Virus genome (UHGV): UHGV-0070025
Strand: one strand, 5' to 3'
Length of the DNA stretch: 20,565 nucleotides
Origin: a virus
Part shown: positions 6,045 through 15,270 of the stretch, in pieces
Layout of the letters: each line of letters opens with the position of its first letter
Numbering within the stretch: the stretch's first letter is position 1
Translations under genes and position numbers: made by a program
The notes under the pieces: generated by a model
The model's database searches: none
What the model was told of the DNA's origin: nothing
What the model saw: the letters and a program-made list of their open reading frames with translations, nothing else

Positions 6045-6578
6045 ATGAACGCAAAAATCAAATACGGCCTGTCAGCTGCAGTTCTGGCGCTGATTGGAGC
6101 AGGCGCATCAGCTCCTCAGATACTTGACCAGTTTCTGGATGAAAAAGAAGGTAACCACACAACGGCATACCGCGATGGTTCCGGCATCTGGACCATCTGT
6201 CGGGGTGCCACGATGGTGGATGGAAAACCCGTTTTTCCCGGTATGAAACTGTCGAAGGAAAAATGCGACCAGGTCAACGCCATTGAGCGTGATAAGGCGC
6301 TGGCATGGGTGGAGCGCAATATTAAAGTACCACTGACCGAACCACAAAAAGCGGGTATCGCGTCATTTTGTCCCTATAACATTGGCCCCGGTAAGTGTTT
6401 TCCATCGACGTTTTATAAGCGGCTGAATGCTGGTGATCGTAAGGGCGCATGCGAGGCGATTCGCTGGTGGATAAAAGATGGTGGGCGCGATTGCCGCATA
6501 CGTTCAAATAACTGCTATGGACAGGTTATTCGTCGTGACCAAGAAAGCGCATTAGCCTGTTGGGGAATAGATCAGTGA
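6045..6578 (+). CDS. R: SAR endolysin (lysozyme, phage 21 R / RrrD-like)
   Basis: 177 aa; N-terminal Gly/Ala-rich weakly hydrophobic segment ([16 protein letters not shown]) typical of signal-anchor-release domains; catalytic-region motifs (EG..TAYRD..G.WTICRG) resemble T4-lysozyme-type phage lysozymes. Confidence 0.9.
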   Translation: MNAKIKYGLSAAVLALIGAGASAPQILDQFLDEKEGNHTTAYRDGSGIWTICRGATMVDGKPVFPGMKLSKEKCDQVNAIERDKALAWVERNIKVPLTEPQKAGIASFCPYNIGPGKCFPSTFYKRLNAGDRKGACEAIRWWIKDGGRDCRIRSNNCYGQVIRRDQESALACWGIDQ

Positions 6579-7042
6579 GCAGAGTCGCCGCGATTATTTA
6601 TGCTCTGGTTATCTGCATCATCGTCTGCCTGTCGTGGGCGGTCAATCATTACCGTGATAACGCCATCACCTACAAAGAACAGCGTGATAAAAAAGTCAGT
6701 GAGCTGAAGCAGCTGACCGCCACCATCGCTGACATGCAGCAGCGTCAGCGTGATGTTGCTGCGCTCGATGCAAAGTACTCGAGAGAATTAGCCAATGCGA
6801 AAGCTGAAAATGAAACTCTGCGCGCTGATGTTGCCGCTGGTCGTAAGCGCCTGCGGGTCAATGCCAGTTGCTCCGCAGCCGTGCGTGAAGCCACCGGACC
6901 CACCAGCGTGGATAATGCAACCAGCCCCAGACTGGCAGACACCGCTGAACGGGATTATTTCACCCTCAGAGAACGGTTGATGACGATGCAGAAGCAACTG
7001 GAAGGGGCACAGCTATACATTCGTGAGCAATGTCTCAGATAA
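6575..7042 (+). CDS. Rz: Rz inner-membrane spanin
   Basis: GTG start overlapping the endolysin stop; N-terminal transmembrane helix ([17 protein letters not shown]) then coiled-coil periplasmic domain; contains the embedded Rz1 frame. Confidence 0.85.
   Translation: MSRVAAIIYALVICIIVCLSWAVNHYRDNAITYKEQRDKKVSELKQLTATIADMQQRQRDVAALDAKYSRELANAKAENETLRADVAAGRKRLRVNASCSAAVREATGPTSVDNATSPRLADTAERDYFTLRERLMTMQKQLEGAQLYIREQCLR
6795..6980 (+). CDS. Rz1: Rz1 outer-membrane lipoprotein spanin, embedded in the +1 frame of Rz
   Basis: 61 aa; lipobox LVVSAC; proline-rich mature part ([30 protein letters not shown]) nearly identical in pattern to lambda Rz1. Confidence 0.85.
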   Translation: MRKLKMKLCALMLPLVVSACGSMPVAPQPCVKPPDPPAWIMQPAPDWQTPLNGIISPSENG

Positions 7043-7197
7043 AAACCGGCCAAGGATAATCCGCTAAAGATTCGCCGGTGGCGAAAGAGAGCCAAGGTGT
7101 CAACCTACGCTATTACTTATGATAATGCAACAGACGAAGCGGGACATATTGGCGCATAACAAATCAGTGCAGGCTAACTGCAGGAAGAACTTAGGGC

Positions 7198-7464
7198 GTG
7201 AACGTAGAAAACCTAAGTAACGCACATTACATCTATAACGAGATGAAAGAGCTACAGCGACAGAAAGGTATACTGGAAAGTGGTGCAGGGCTTGGTGTGA
7301 CAATCCAGTCTGCCTATCAATATAGTGCTTTTCTTGAGGCCATACGCCCGCATGCAGTTGCTGAACTTAACAGCCGTATTGAGGAAAAGAAATCCGCGCT
7401 GGTTAATTTGGGTGCTTCCTTCTCTATATACGAGCATAATAAGGCGGGTTGGAAACCCGCCTAA
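7198..7464 (+). CDS. hypothetical small protein (uncertain)
   Basis: 88 aa from GTG (alternative ATG at 7243); weak RBS; the 3' end runs through the hairpin that serves as terminator for the convergent minus-strand gene. Confidence 0.3.
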   Translation: MNVENLSNAHYIYNEMKELQRQKGILESGAGLGVTIQSAYQYSAFLEAIRPHAVAELNSRIEEKKSALVNLGASFSIYEHNKAGWKPA

Positions 7465-7469
7465 AGCAC

Positions 7470-8009
7470 TTAGAAACTGCGTGGAGCTGTGGAAAGAATG
7501 GATGCCAGTTCTTCCTTCGATAAATCCCAGCTTCGATTTACAGCGTCAATTTTCTTAAACTCATCAAGCATTGCGTTATAGAGATGTTCTGTACGTGAAT
7601 GAGTATTGGCAATGGGCTGTTTCTGTTCGGGGAAGCGATCAATTTTCTGATATGCCTCAATGATACTGAAGTAATCGCATTCATTATTACCGTCGAAACC
7701 TGGGAGCTGAATTGCCCCATCATGTATTTTTAGATGATGGTCACGGACTAATTCTTTTTGCTCGTCATCACTAAGTTTCCTGAAAGCATTGGAAAGTCCG
7801 CGATACATATTCAAGACAGCAGTAACAAAATCACGATCTTCTTTACTTGGTTCGTCAACATCCAAATGTGAATATTCGGCCTTGATAACCCAATCATTAC
7901 CAGATGACACAGCATATTTAACAAGCTGTGGATCAATATCAGTTTCGATACCTAGGTGGATGGCAATGTCACATAACAAAATGGTATTGATTTTATCTTT
8001 AATATCCAT
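7470..8009 (-). CDS. hypothetical accessory protein, possibly YfbU-family (UPF0304)-like
   Basis: 179 aa; GAGGG RBS on minus strand; AT-richer than flanking phage genes; followed on the minus strand by hairpin GGCGGGTT/AACCCGCC (about 7444-7462) and a U-rich tail; YfbU resemblance is from memory of the E. coli protein and is unverified. Confidence 0.6.
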   Translation of the reverse strand: MDIKDKINTILLCDIAIHLGIETDIDPQLVKYAVSSGNDWVIKAEYSHLDVDEPSKEDRDFVTAVLNMYRGLSNAFRKLSDDEQKELVRDHHLKIHDGAIQLPGFDGNNECDYFSIIEAYQKIDRFPEQKQPIANTHSRTEHLYNAMLDEFKKIDAVNRSWDLSKEELASILSTAPRSF

Positions 8010-8147
8010 GAGTTAACCCTCTGAAGTAAAAAGTAATATCTACACCCGTTGGCTCATGAAGTCTATTGATCTGTCTCATATCAGCAGCAAATCTATTCCA
8101 TGGAGATACTCAATGCAGGTCACCTTTGATTTATATAAGGGCGAAAC

Positions 8148-8498
8148 ATGCCAGCACTAATCCCACGCGCCTGCCGTAAGCGTGGATGTGCAGGTACAAC
8201 CACAGACAGTTCTGGTTACTGCGATAAACATCGTGGCGAAGGATGGGTACAGCATCAACGCGGACTGAGCCGCCACCAGCGTGGCTATGGCTCGAAATGG
8301 GATGCCATACGTGCGCGCATACTGAAGCGTGATAATCATCTGTGTCAGAACTGCCTGCGCAATGGGAGAGCCGTTGAAGCCAGAACTGTGGACCACATCA
8401 TTCCGAAAGCTCATGGTGGCACGGATGCAGACAGTAACCTGCAGAGTCTGTGCTGGCCCTGTCATAAAGCAAAAACAGCGCGCGAACGCATCAATTGA
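8148..8498 (+). CDS. HNH homing-type endonuclease associated with the terminase
   Basis: 116 aa; N-terminal Cys cluster (CRKRGC...CDKH) and HNH core (CQNCLRNGR...VDHIIPKAHGG...NLQSLCWPCHKAK); sits directly upstream of the small terminase, as in HK97-like cos phages. Confidence 0.85.
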   Translation: MPALIPRACRKRGCAGTTTDSSGYCDKHRGEGWVQHQRGLSRHQRGYGSKWDAIRARILKRDNHLCQNCLRNGRAVEARTVDHIIPKAHGGTDADSNLQSLCWPCHKAKTARERIN

Positions 8499-8645
8499 TA
8501 ACAGCTCCCATCTGCAGGGGAGGGGCGGGTCAAATCTCTGCAACCCTGGCTGTTCAGTACCGCCGCCTGACCTTTCCTCGCATCGCCGCAGGTTCGAAAA
8601 CTTTTTTTTGGAATGTGATTAAATGATTGATAGGTAAAACCGATT

Positions 8646-9128
8646 ATGTCTGGACCCCCGAAAACCCCGCCACGCCTGCATTTGATACGAGGCAACCCCT
8701 CAAAGCGGCCAGTTAAAGACCTCAAAAAAACCGCTAAAAAGGATGAAAAAGGTCTCCCTAAAATTCCGCAACATTTAGGGGCGCAGGGGAAGTACTGGTT
8801 CAGGCGAATGGCGGAAGAGCTGAATGCGGAAGGGATCATTTCTCAGCTTGATGCGCGTGCGCTTGAGCTACTGGTGGAAGCCTATACCGAATACCGGCAT
8901 CACTGCGAAACACTCGATGTTGAGGGGTACACCTACCGCTCGGAAACGCAGAACGGTGATGTGCTGATTAAGGCACACCCAGCTGCTGCGATGAAAGCGG
9001 ATGCCTGGAAGCGGATCCGGGCGATGCTTGCAGAATTTGGTATGTCACCGGCAAGCCGGGCAAAAGTAAATACCGCCGGACCGGATAATGTTGATCCGCT
9101 GGCAGAGCTTTTAAAAGCGAGAGACTGA
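8646..9128 (+). CDS. terminase small subunit (P27-family-like)
   Basis: 160 aa; position between HNH and large terminase; stop overlaps the large-terminase ATG (ATGA). Confidence 0.8.
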   Translation: MSGPPKTPPRLHLIRGNPSKRPVKDLKKTAKKDEKGLPKIPQHLGAQGKYWFRRMAEELNAEGIISQLDARALELLVEAYTEYRHHCETLDVEGYTYRSETQNGDVLIKAHPAAAMKADAWKRIRAMLAEFGMSPASRAKVNTAGPDNVDPLAELLKARD

Positions 9129-10885
9129 TGGCAAAAGTGGCTGACGGGATCCGCTACGCCGAACGTGTTGTTGCAGGAGAAATTGTTGCTGGCGAATTTG
9201 TCCGCCTGGCCTGCCAGCGTTTTCTTGATGATCTGAAGTACGGCGAAAAGCGGGGGATTTATTTCAGTGAACCCCGTGCGCAGCACATCCTGAATTTCTA
9301 CAAATTTGTGCCTCATGTAAAAGGGGCACTGGCAGGCCAGCCCATTGAGTTGATGGACTGGCATGTATTTATCCTCATTAATATTTTTGGTTTTGTCATT
9401 CCGCTGGTCAATGAAGAAACCGGGGAAGTTGTCATGCGCAGCGATGGCAGCGGACGTCCGGTGATGGTGCGCCGGTTCCGGACGGCGTACAACGAAGTCG
9501 CCCGTAAAAACGCAAAATCAACCCTGTCATCGGGTATCGGCCTGTATATGACGGGGGCAGATAGTGAAGGCGGAGCTGAGGTGTATTCAGCCGCAACCAC
9601 GCGTGACCAGGCCAGAATCGTGTTTGAAGACGCCAAAAATATGGTCAGAAAAGCCCGGTCGACACTCGGGCGGTTGTTTGATTTCAACAAGCTGGCGATT
9701 TACCAGGAGCAGAGCGCATCAAAATTTGAACCGCTTTCCTCGGATGCAAACAACCTGGACGGTCTGAACATCCACTGCGCCATTATTGATGAGCTGCATG
9801 CACATAAAACCCGCGACGTGTGGGACGTTCTGGAGACGGCAACCGGTGCCCGTCTGCAGTCTCTGTTATTTGGCATCACCACGGCTGGCTTTAACAAGGA
9901 AGGGATTTGTTACGAGCAGCGTGATTACGCCATCAAGGTATTGCGAGGCTATAACAGCGACGTGGAGGGCGCGGTAAAAGACGACTCCTACTTTGCGATC
10001 ATTTACACGCTCGATGAGGGAGATGATCCGTTTGATGAAACGGTCTGGCAGAAAGCGAATCCTGGCCTGGGCATCTGTAAACGCTGGGATGATCTGCGTC
10101 GTCTGGCGAAAAAAGCGAAGGAGCAGGTCTCTGCGCGGGTGAATTTTTTTACCAAACACATGAATGTGTGGGTCACTGCCGAATCTGCCTGGATGGATAT
10201 GATTAAGTGGGAGAAGTGCGAATACATTGCTCCACAACATGAGCTGAAAACATATCCCATGTGGGTCGGCGTCGACCTTGCTCATAAGATTGATATCTGT
10301 GCGGCGGCAAAACTCTGGCGAACCGATAACGGACATGTTCATGCTGATTTTAAATTCTGGCTTCCGGAAGGACGGCTGGAACGATGCTCGCGGCAGCAGG
10401 CAGAACTTTACCGGAAGTGGGCGGAGATGGATAAGCTCATCCTGACGGATGGTGATGTTATCGATCATGCTCAGATAAAAAGTGACTTACTGGAATGGAT
10501 TGGCGGTGAAAACCTCAGGGAACTGGGATTTGACCCGTGGAGCGCAATGCAGTTCAGCCTGGCACTGGCTGAAGAAGGGATACCGCTGGTGGAGGTTCCG
10601 CAGACGGTCCGCAATCTGTCAGAGGCCATGAAGGAAACGGAATCACTGGTTTATGCCGGGCGTTTCCATCACAGCAATCATCCGGTCATGAACTGGATGA
10701 TGTCTAACGTTACTGTAAAACCGGACAAAAACGACAACATCTTCCCGAATAAATCCACGCCGGAAGCCAAAATCGACGGCCCTGTTGCGCTTTTTACAGC
10801 CATGAGCCGCTTTCTGGTAAATGGCGGGGGCGTGAATGACTTTCTGTCCACGCTTGATCCTGATGAGGACTTGTTAATTCTGTGA
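9128..10885 (+). CDS. terminase large subunit
   Basis: 585 aa; N-terminal ATPase region and C-terminal nuclease region typical of HK97/Terminase_1-type large terminases; gene order terS-terL-portal. Confidence 0.95.
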   Translation: MAKVADGIRYAERVVAGEIVAGEFVRLACQRFLDDLKYGEKRGIYFSEPRAQHILNFYKFVPHVKGALAGQPIELMDWHVFILINIFGFVIPLVNEETGEVVMRSDGSGRPVMVRRFRTAYNEVARKNAKSTLSSGIGLYMTGADSEGGAEVYSAATTRDQARIVFEDAKNMVRKARSTLGRLFDFNKLAIYQEQSASKFEPLSSDANNLDGLNIHCAIIDELHAHKTRDVWDVLETATGARLQSLLFGITTAGFNKEGICYEQRDYAIKVLRGYNSDVEGAVKDDSYFAIIYTLDEGDDPFDETVWQKANPGLGICKRWDDLRRLAKKAKEQVSARVNFFTKHMNVWVTAESAWMDMIKWEKCEYIAPQHELKTYPMWVGVDLAHKIDICAAAKLWRTDNGHVHADFKFWLPEGRLERCSRQQAELYRKWAEMDKLILTDGDVIDHAQIKSDLLEWIGGENLRELGFDPWSAMQFSLALAEEGIPLVEVPQTVRNLSEAMKETESLVYAGRFHHSNHPVMNWMMSNVTVKPDKNDNIFPNKSTPEAKIDGPVALFTAMSRFLVNGGGVNDFLSTLDPDEDLLIL

Positions 10886-11043
10886 AACAGCTTATTACTG
10901 ATATGACCGGGCTGATCGGTTTCGGTTTGCTCACTGCTGGCGTTTATCTGTATGCAGGTCTGCCAGCGTCTCTGATGCTGTCGGGCTGTTTGTTGCTGCT
11001 TTATGCACTGGTGGTGTCCATGAGGAGAAAACATGCTTCTTGA
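10882..11043 (+). CDS. possible small membrane protein between terminase and portal (uncertain)
   Basis: 53 codons from GTG overlapping the terL stop (alternative ATG at 10903); two hydrophobic stretches (GLIGFGLLTAGVYLYAGL, LMLSGCLLLLYALVV); weak RBS; overlaps the portal start. Confidence 0.3.
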   Translation: MKQLITDMTGLIGFGLLTAGVYLYAGLPASLMLSGCLLLLYALVVSMRRKHAS

Positions 11044-12259
11044 TGCTCTGTTTCGCAGTGAGCCTCTGGAAAATCCCTCGGTTCCGGTAACCGGAGAGGC
11101 CGCTGAGACGGATAATATTTTTGCCCGGGATGTGTATGTCAGTCCGGAAACATCCATGAAGCTGGCTGCTGTCTATGCCTGTATTTATGTTATTTCATCC
11201 AGTGTGGCTCAGATGCCCCTGCATGTGATGCGAAAAACGAATGAGCATGTTCAGCCGGCACGCGATCACCCGTTGTTCTGGCTCGTTCATGATGAACCTA
11301 ATGCCTGGCAGACCAGCTATAAGTGGCGGGAACTGAAGCAGCGTCATGTGCTGGGGTGGGGCAATGGTTATACGTGGGTAAAACGTAATCGTCGTGGCGA
11401 GGTTACCAGTCTTGAATGCTGTATGCCATGGGAAACCACGTTACTTAACACCGGAGGGCGTCATACCTACGGTGTGTATAACGAAGAGGGTGCATTTGCG
11501 GTAAGTCCGGACGACATGATCCATATCAGGGCGCTGGGAAACAATCAGAAAATGGGACTGAGTCCGATCATGCAGCATGCTGAAACCATTGGTATGGGAA
11601 TGAGTGGTCAGCAGTATACCAGTGCTTTTTTTAACGGTAATGCCCGTCCTGCCGGGATTATTTCTGTGAAAAATGAACTGAACGAACAGAGTTGGAGCAG
11701 GCTCAAGAATATGTGGCAGCGGGCGGTGACAGCGCTTCGCAGTCAGGAAAATAAAACCATGCTGCTGCCTGCGCAACTGGATTACCGCGCTCTGACAGTT
11801 TCTCCGGTGGATGCTCAGATCATTGATATGACCAAGCTGAACCGGTCGATGATTGCCGGGATTTTTAATGTCCCGGCGCACATGATTAATGACCTGGAAA
11901 AAGCCACATTTTCGAATATTACGCAGCAGGCGATTCAGTTTGTTCGCTACACGATGATGCCCTGGGTTGCGAACTGGGAGCAGGAGCTTAACCGTCGCCT
12001 GTTTACCCGTACAGAACGGGCTGCCGGGTATTACGTTCGTTTCAACCTCACGGGGTTGCTCCGTGGGACCCCACAGGAGCGTGCGCAGTTCTATCACTTT
12101 GCCATTACAGATGGCTGGATGAGCCGGAATGAAGCCAGGGCATTTGAGGATATGAACCCGGTTGACGGTCTGGATGAAATGCTGGTCAGCGTAAATGCAG
12201 CAAATCCGTTGAATAACTTTAAAGATACGAAAGGCAAAGAGGAAAAGAACGATGAATGA
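11033..12259 (+). CDS. portal protein (HK97 family)
   Basis: 408 aa; GAGGAG RBS; size and position after terL; sequence resembles HK97-type portals. Confidence 0.9.
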   Translation: MLLDALFRSEPLENPSVPVTGEAAETDNIFARDVYVSPETSMKLAAVYACIYVISSSVAQMPLHVMRKTNEHVQPARDHPLFWLVHDEPNAWQTSYKWRELKQRHVLGWGNGYTWVKRNRRGEVTSLECCMPWETTLLNTGGRHTYGVYNEEGAFAVSPDDMIHIRALGNNQKMGLSPIMQHAETIGMGMSGQQYTSAFFNGNARPAGIISVKNELNEQSWSRLKNMWQRAVTALRSQENKTMLLPAQLDYRALTVSPVDAQIIDMTKLNRSMIAGIFNVPAHMINDLEKATFSNITQQAIQFVRYTMMPWVANWEQELNRRLFTRTERAAGYYVRFNLTGLLRGTPQERAQFYHFAITDGWMSRNEARAFEDMNPVDGLDEMLVSVNAANPLNNFKDTKGKEEKNDE

Positions 12260-12851
12260 CCGTGAAACGCGCTGTTACAGCGGGGAGGTGCGGGCGGAAC
12301 AATATGATAATGCCCCGACCCACATTCTGGGCTATGGCTCGGTATTTAACAGTCGTTCAGAACCTCTGTGGGGATTTCGTGAAATCATCAAGCCGGGGGC
12401 TTTTGATGATGTACTGAATGATGATGTACGTGGCTTGTTTAATCATGATCCTAATTTCATTCTCGGACGAAGTTCTGCCGGCACGTTGTCATTGTCGGTG
12501 GATGAACGCGGTTTACGTTATGACATTGTTGCACCGGATACTCCGACTATTTGTGACCTGGTGCTGTCTCCAATGTTGCGTGGTGACATTAATCAGTCCT
12601 CGTTCGCGTTTCGTGTCGCCCGTGACGGAGAGAGCTGGTATGAAGACGACGAGGGGATTGTTATCCGGGAAATCACGCGCATTTCTCGTCTGTATGACGT
12701 CAGCCCGGTGACATATCCGGCCTATCAGGACGCAGACTCTGGTGTCCGCTCAATGAAAGCCTGGCAGGAAGCGCGGGCGAGTGGTGCGCTGAAGAAAGCT
12801 GTTAACGAACGAATGGCGCGTGAGCGTCTTTTGACCCTTCTTAATGCATAA
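12252..12851 (+). CDS. prohead maturation protease (HK97 family, S78-like)
   Basis: 199 aa; start overlaps the portal stop; position between portal and capsid. Confidence 0.9.
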   Translation: MNDRETRCYSGEVRAEQYDNAPTHILGYGSVFNSRSEPLWGFREIIKPGAFDDVLNDDVRGLFNHDPNFILGRSSAGTLSLSVDERGLRYDIVAPDTPTICDLVLSPMLRGDINQSSFAFRVARDGESWYEDDEGIVIREITRISRLYDVSPVTYPAYQDADSGVRSMKAWQEARASGALKKAVNERMARERLLTLLNA

Positions 12852-12865
12852 GGATACTACTGACG

Positions 12866-14083
12866 ATGAAACTTCATGAGATGAAGCAAAAACGAAACAC
12901 CATTGCAAAGGATATGCGTGCACTGCATGAAAAAATTGGTGATAACGCATGGACTGATGAGCAACGGGCAGAGTGGAACAGGGCGAAAGCTGAGCTGGAT
13001 GCGCTGGATGAGCAAATCGCCCGTGAAGAAGAGTTGCGCCGTCAGGATCAGGCATATGTGGATGAGTCCGGGCCGGAAGAGCGCCAGAATAATGAGGCGG
13101 AGAACGGGAAAAAGGCGGTGGAAGAGAAGCGCGCTGCGGCATTTAACCGTTTTCTGCGTGCCGGATTTGCAGAACTGAATGCTGAAGAGCGTAATCTGAT
13201 GCGTGAACTGCGGGCTCAGAGTGTAACAACGGATTCTCAGGGCGGATATACGGTGCCCACGCAGATGCGTAACAAAATCATTGACACCATGAAGGCTTAT
13301 GGCGGGATTGCCAGTGTGGCGCAACTTCTGACCACATCAACCGGGCAGGATATCACCTGGTCAACGTCTGATGGCACGACTGAAGAGGGCGAACTGCTGG
13401 CGGAAAATACAGCCGCAACGGAACAGGATGTGACGTTCGGGACCGCTATTCTGGGGGCTAAAAAGCTGTCATCAAAAATAATTCGTGTGTCCAATGAGCT
13501 GCTCCAGGACAGTGGGGTGGATATTGAATCTTATCTGGCAAACCGTATTGCCCAGCGTATTGGTCGTGGAGAGGCAAAATATCTGGTTCAGGGGACCGGA
13601 ACGGGATCACCGTTACAGCCAAAAGGGCTGGCAGCGTCGGTGACGGGAACCATCCAGACTGCAGCCTCTGCCGCTTTCACCTGGAAAGAAATGAATGCCC
13701 TGAAACATGCCATTGATCCGGCATATCGTGGTGGGCCGAAATACCGCTGGGCATTCAATGATGCCACATTGCAGACTATTGAAGAGATGGAGGATGGACA
13801 GAAACGCCCGTTATGGCTGCCGGATATTGCAGGCGGTACGCCGGCTACTGTGCTGGGGATCCCTTATGTTATTGATCAGGCTATTGACGGGATTGGTACC
13901 GGAAAAAAATTCATTTTCCTGGGGGATTTCAACCGCTTTATCATTCGCCGCGTTACTTATATGGAACTGAAACGTCTGGTTGAGCGTTATGCTGAGTTTG
14001 ATCAGGTGGCATTTCTGGCTTTCCATCGTTTTGACTGTGTGCTGGAAGATGTGGCAGCCATCAAGGCGCTCACTGGCAAATAA
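12866..14083 (+). CDS. major capsid protein (HK97 fold) with N-terminal coiled-coil delta/scaffold domain
   Basis: 405 aa; AAGGA RBS; N-terminal charged coiled-coil about 100 aa followed by a capsid domain; followed by a terminator. Confidence 0.9.
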   Translation: MKLHEMKQKRNTIAKDMRALHEKIGDNAWTDEQRAEWNRAKAELDALDEQIAREEELRRQDQAYVDESGPEERQNNEAENGKKAVEEKRAAAFNRFLRAGFAELNAEERNLMRELRAQSVTTDSQGGYTVPTQMRNKIIDTMKAYGGIASVAQLLTTSTGQDITWSTSDGTTEEGELLAENTAATEQDVTFGTAILGAKKLSSKIIRVSNELLQDSGVDIESYLANRIAQRIGRGEAKYLVQGTGTGSPLQPKGLAASVTGTIQTAASAAFTWKEMNALKHAIDPAYRGGPKYRWAFNDATLQTIEEMEDGQKRPLWLPDIAGGTPATVLGIPYVIDQAIDGIGTGKKFIFLGDFNRFIIRRVTYMELKRLVERYAEFDQVAFLAFHRFDCVLEDVAAIKALTGK

Positions 14084-14104
14084 CCACTCGTTGTTCAGTT
14101 ACAG

Positions 14105-14127
14105 ACCGCGCCGACGCGGTTTTTTTA
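14105..14127 (+). terminator. intrinsic terminator after the major capsid gene
   Basis: ACCGCG-ccga-CGCGGT followed by a T-run; a second hairpin GCCCGCA-cagtgt-TGCGGGC follows at 14129-14148. Confidence 0.7.
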
Positions 14128-14159
14128 TGCCCGCACAGTGTTGCGGGCAGGAGTTTCTG

Positions 14160-14477
14160 ATGGCAGCAATAGTGGAAAAACTCAGGGCGCAGTGCCGTAT
14201 TGATACAGATGATGCAACTGATGATGAGTTACTGATGCTGTATTTCCGGGCTGCCTGCCGCAAGGCAGAAAATTTTATCAACCGTAAGCTTTATGAGGAG
14301 ACGGTGCCAGAAGGTGATCCTGAAGGGGTGCTTATAGCTGATGATGTTTTGCTGGCGCTCATGTTGCTGGTCGGGCACTGGTACGAAAACCGGGAAAATT
14401 CCTCAGATGTCAGCAAGGCACCAGTCCCGTTTGGTTTTTCTTCTCTTCTGGAGCCTTATCGTTTTATTCCTTTGTAG
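14160..14477 (+). CDS. head-tail connector / DNA-packaging protein (gp6-like)
   Basis: 105 aa from ATG 14160 with AGGAG RBS (the ORF-track start at 13980 is an in-frame upstream extension across the terminator); position after the capsid gene. Confidence 0.8.
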   Translation: MAAIVEKLRAQCRIDTDDATDDELLMLYFRAACRKAENFINRKLYEETVPEGDPEGVLIADDVLLALMLLVGHWYENRENSSDVSKAPVPFGFSSLLEPYRFIPL

Positions 14478-14485
14478 GAGGAGAC

Positions 14486-14824
14486 ATGCAGGCGGGCAGA
14501 TTACGTGATCGCGTAATTATTCTGAATGTCACCACCGCCCGCTCTCCGTCAGGGCATCCGGTGGAGACGGTGACGGAGGGAGCTACCGTATGGGCAGAAG
14601 TTAAGGGTATCAGCGGGAGGGAGATAATCTCAGGCGGAGCAGAAACCGCTCAGGCTACGGTCAGAGTCTGGATGAGATTCCGGCGCGATGTGACAGCGAC
14701 TTCACGTCTGAAAGTGCTGACCGGTGCATTCAAAGGCGCGATTCTGGGTATAGAAGGTCCACCAATACCGGATGCACGCGCTACCCGGCTTGAAATGCTC
14801 TGCAGCCTGAAGGGAAATGTGTGA
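14486..14824 (+). CDS. head closure / head-tail joining protein
   Basis: 112 aa; AGGAGG RBS; position and size. Confidence 0.8.
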   Translation: MQAGRLRDRVIILNVTTARSPSGHPVETVTEGATVWAEVKGISGREIISGGAETAQATVRVWMRFRRDVTATSRLKVLTGAFKGAILGIEGPPIPDARATRLEMLCSLKGNV

Positions 14825-15270
14825 TGGATTTCAGTCTTGATTTTTCCGGCCTGGCGGATATTGCACGGGATTTGGAGGCGCTCAGCAGGGCAGAAAACAA
14901 TAAGGTTCTGCGCGATGCCACCCGTGCCGGTGCTGAAGTTATGCGGGATGCAGTTGTTGAACGTGCGCCGGAGCGAACCGGGAAACTGAAGAAAAATGTG
15001 GTTGTTCTCACTCAGCGTTCAAAGCGTCGGGGGGAAATTATCTCGGGTGTCCACATTCGCGGACGGAACCTGCGAACCGGAAACAGTGATAACAGCATGA
15101 AAGCCAGCGATCCCCGAAATGCATTTTACTGGCGCTTTGTGGAGCTGGGAACGATAAACATGCCCGCGCATCCATTCATTCGTCCGGCTTTCGATACGAC
15201 AGAGGAGCTGGCGGCGCAGGTTGCCATACAGCGAATGAATCAGGCTATTGATGAGGTCTTAAGTAAATGA
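14821..15270 (+). CDS. HK97 gp10-family tail component
   Basis: 149 aa; start overlaps the previous stop; position in the HK97-like head-tail joining module. Confidence 0.75.
   Translation: MMDFSLDFSGLADIARDLEALSRAENNKVLRDATRAGAEVMRDAVVERAPERTGKLKKNVVVLTQRSKRRGEIISGVHIRGRNLRTGNSDNSMKASDPRNAFYWRFVELGTINMPAHPFIRPAFDTTEELAAQVAIQRMNQAIDEVLSK

Noticed and set aside
9866-10468. 200-aa minus-strand ORF inside the large terminase gene (also 9313-9690 and 10003-10260 minus)
   Set aside because: Fully antisense to a well-supported conserved terminase CDS; no RBS; typical shadow ORFs of GC-balanced coding sequence.
10678-12097. Minus-strand ORFs of 159 aa and 218 aa overlapping the terL end and the portal gene
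   Set aside because: Antisense to strongly supported structural genes; low-complexity Ser/Arg/Gln-rich translations; no start signals.
12857-13324. 155-aa minus-strand ORF and 91-aa + strand alternative-frame ORF inside the major capsid gene
   Set aside because: Embedded in the capsid delta-domain coding region; the capsid frame is clearly the real one.
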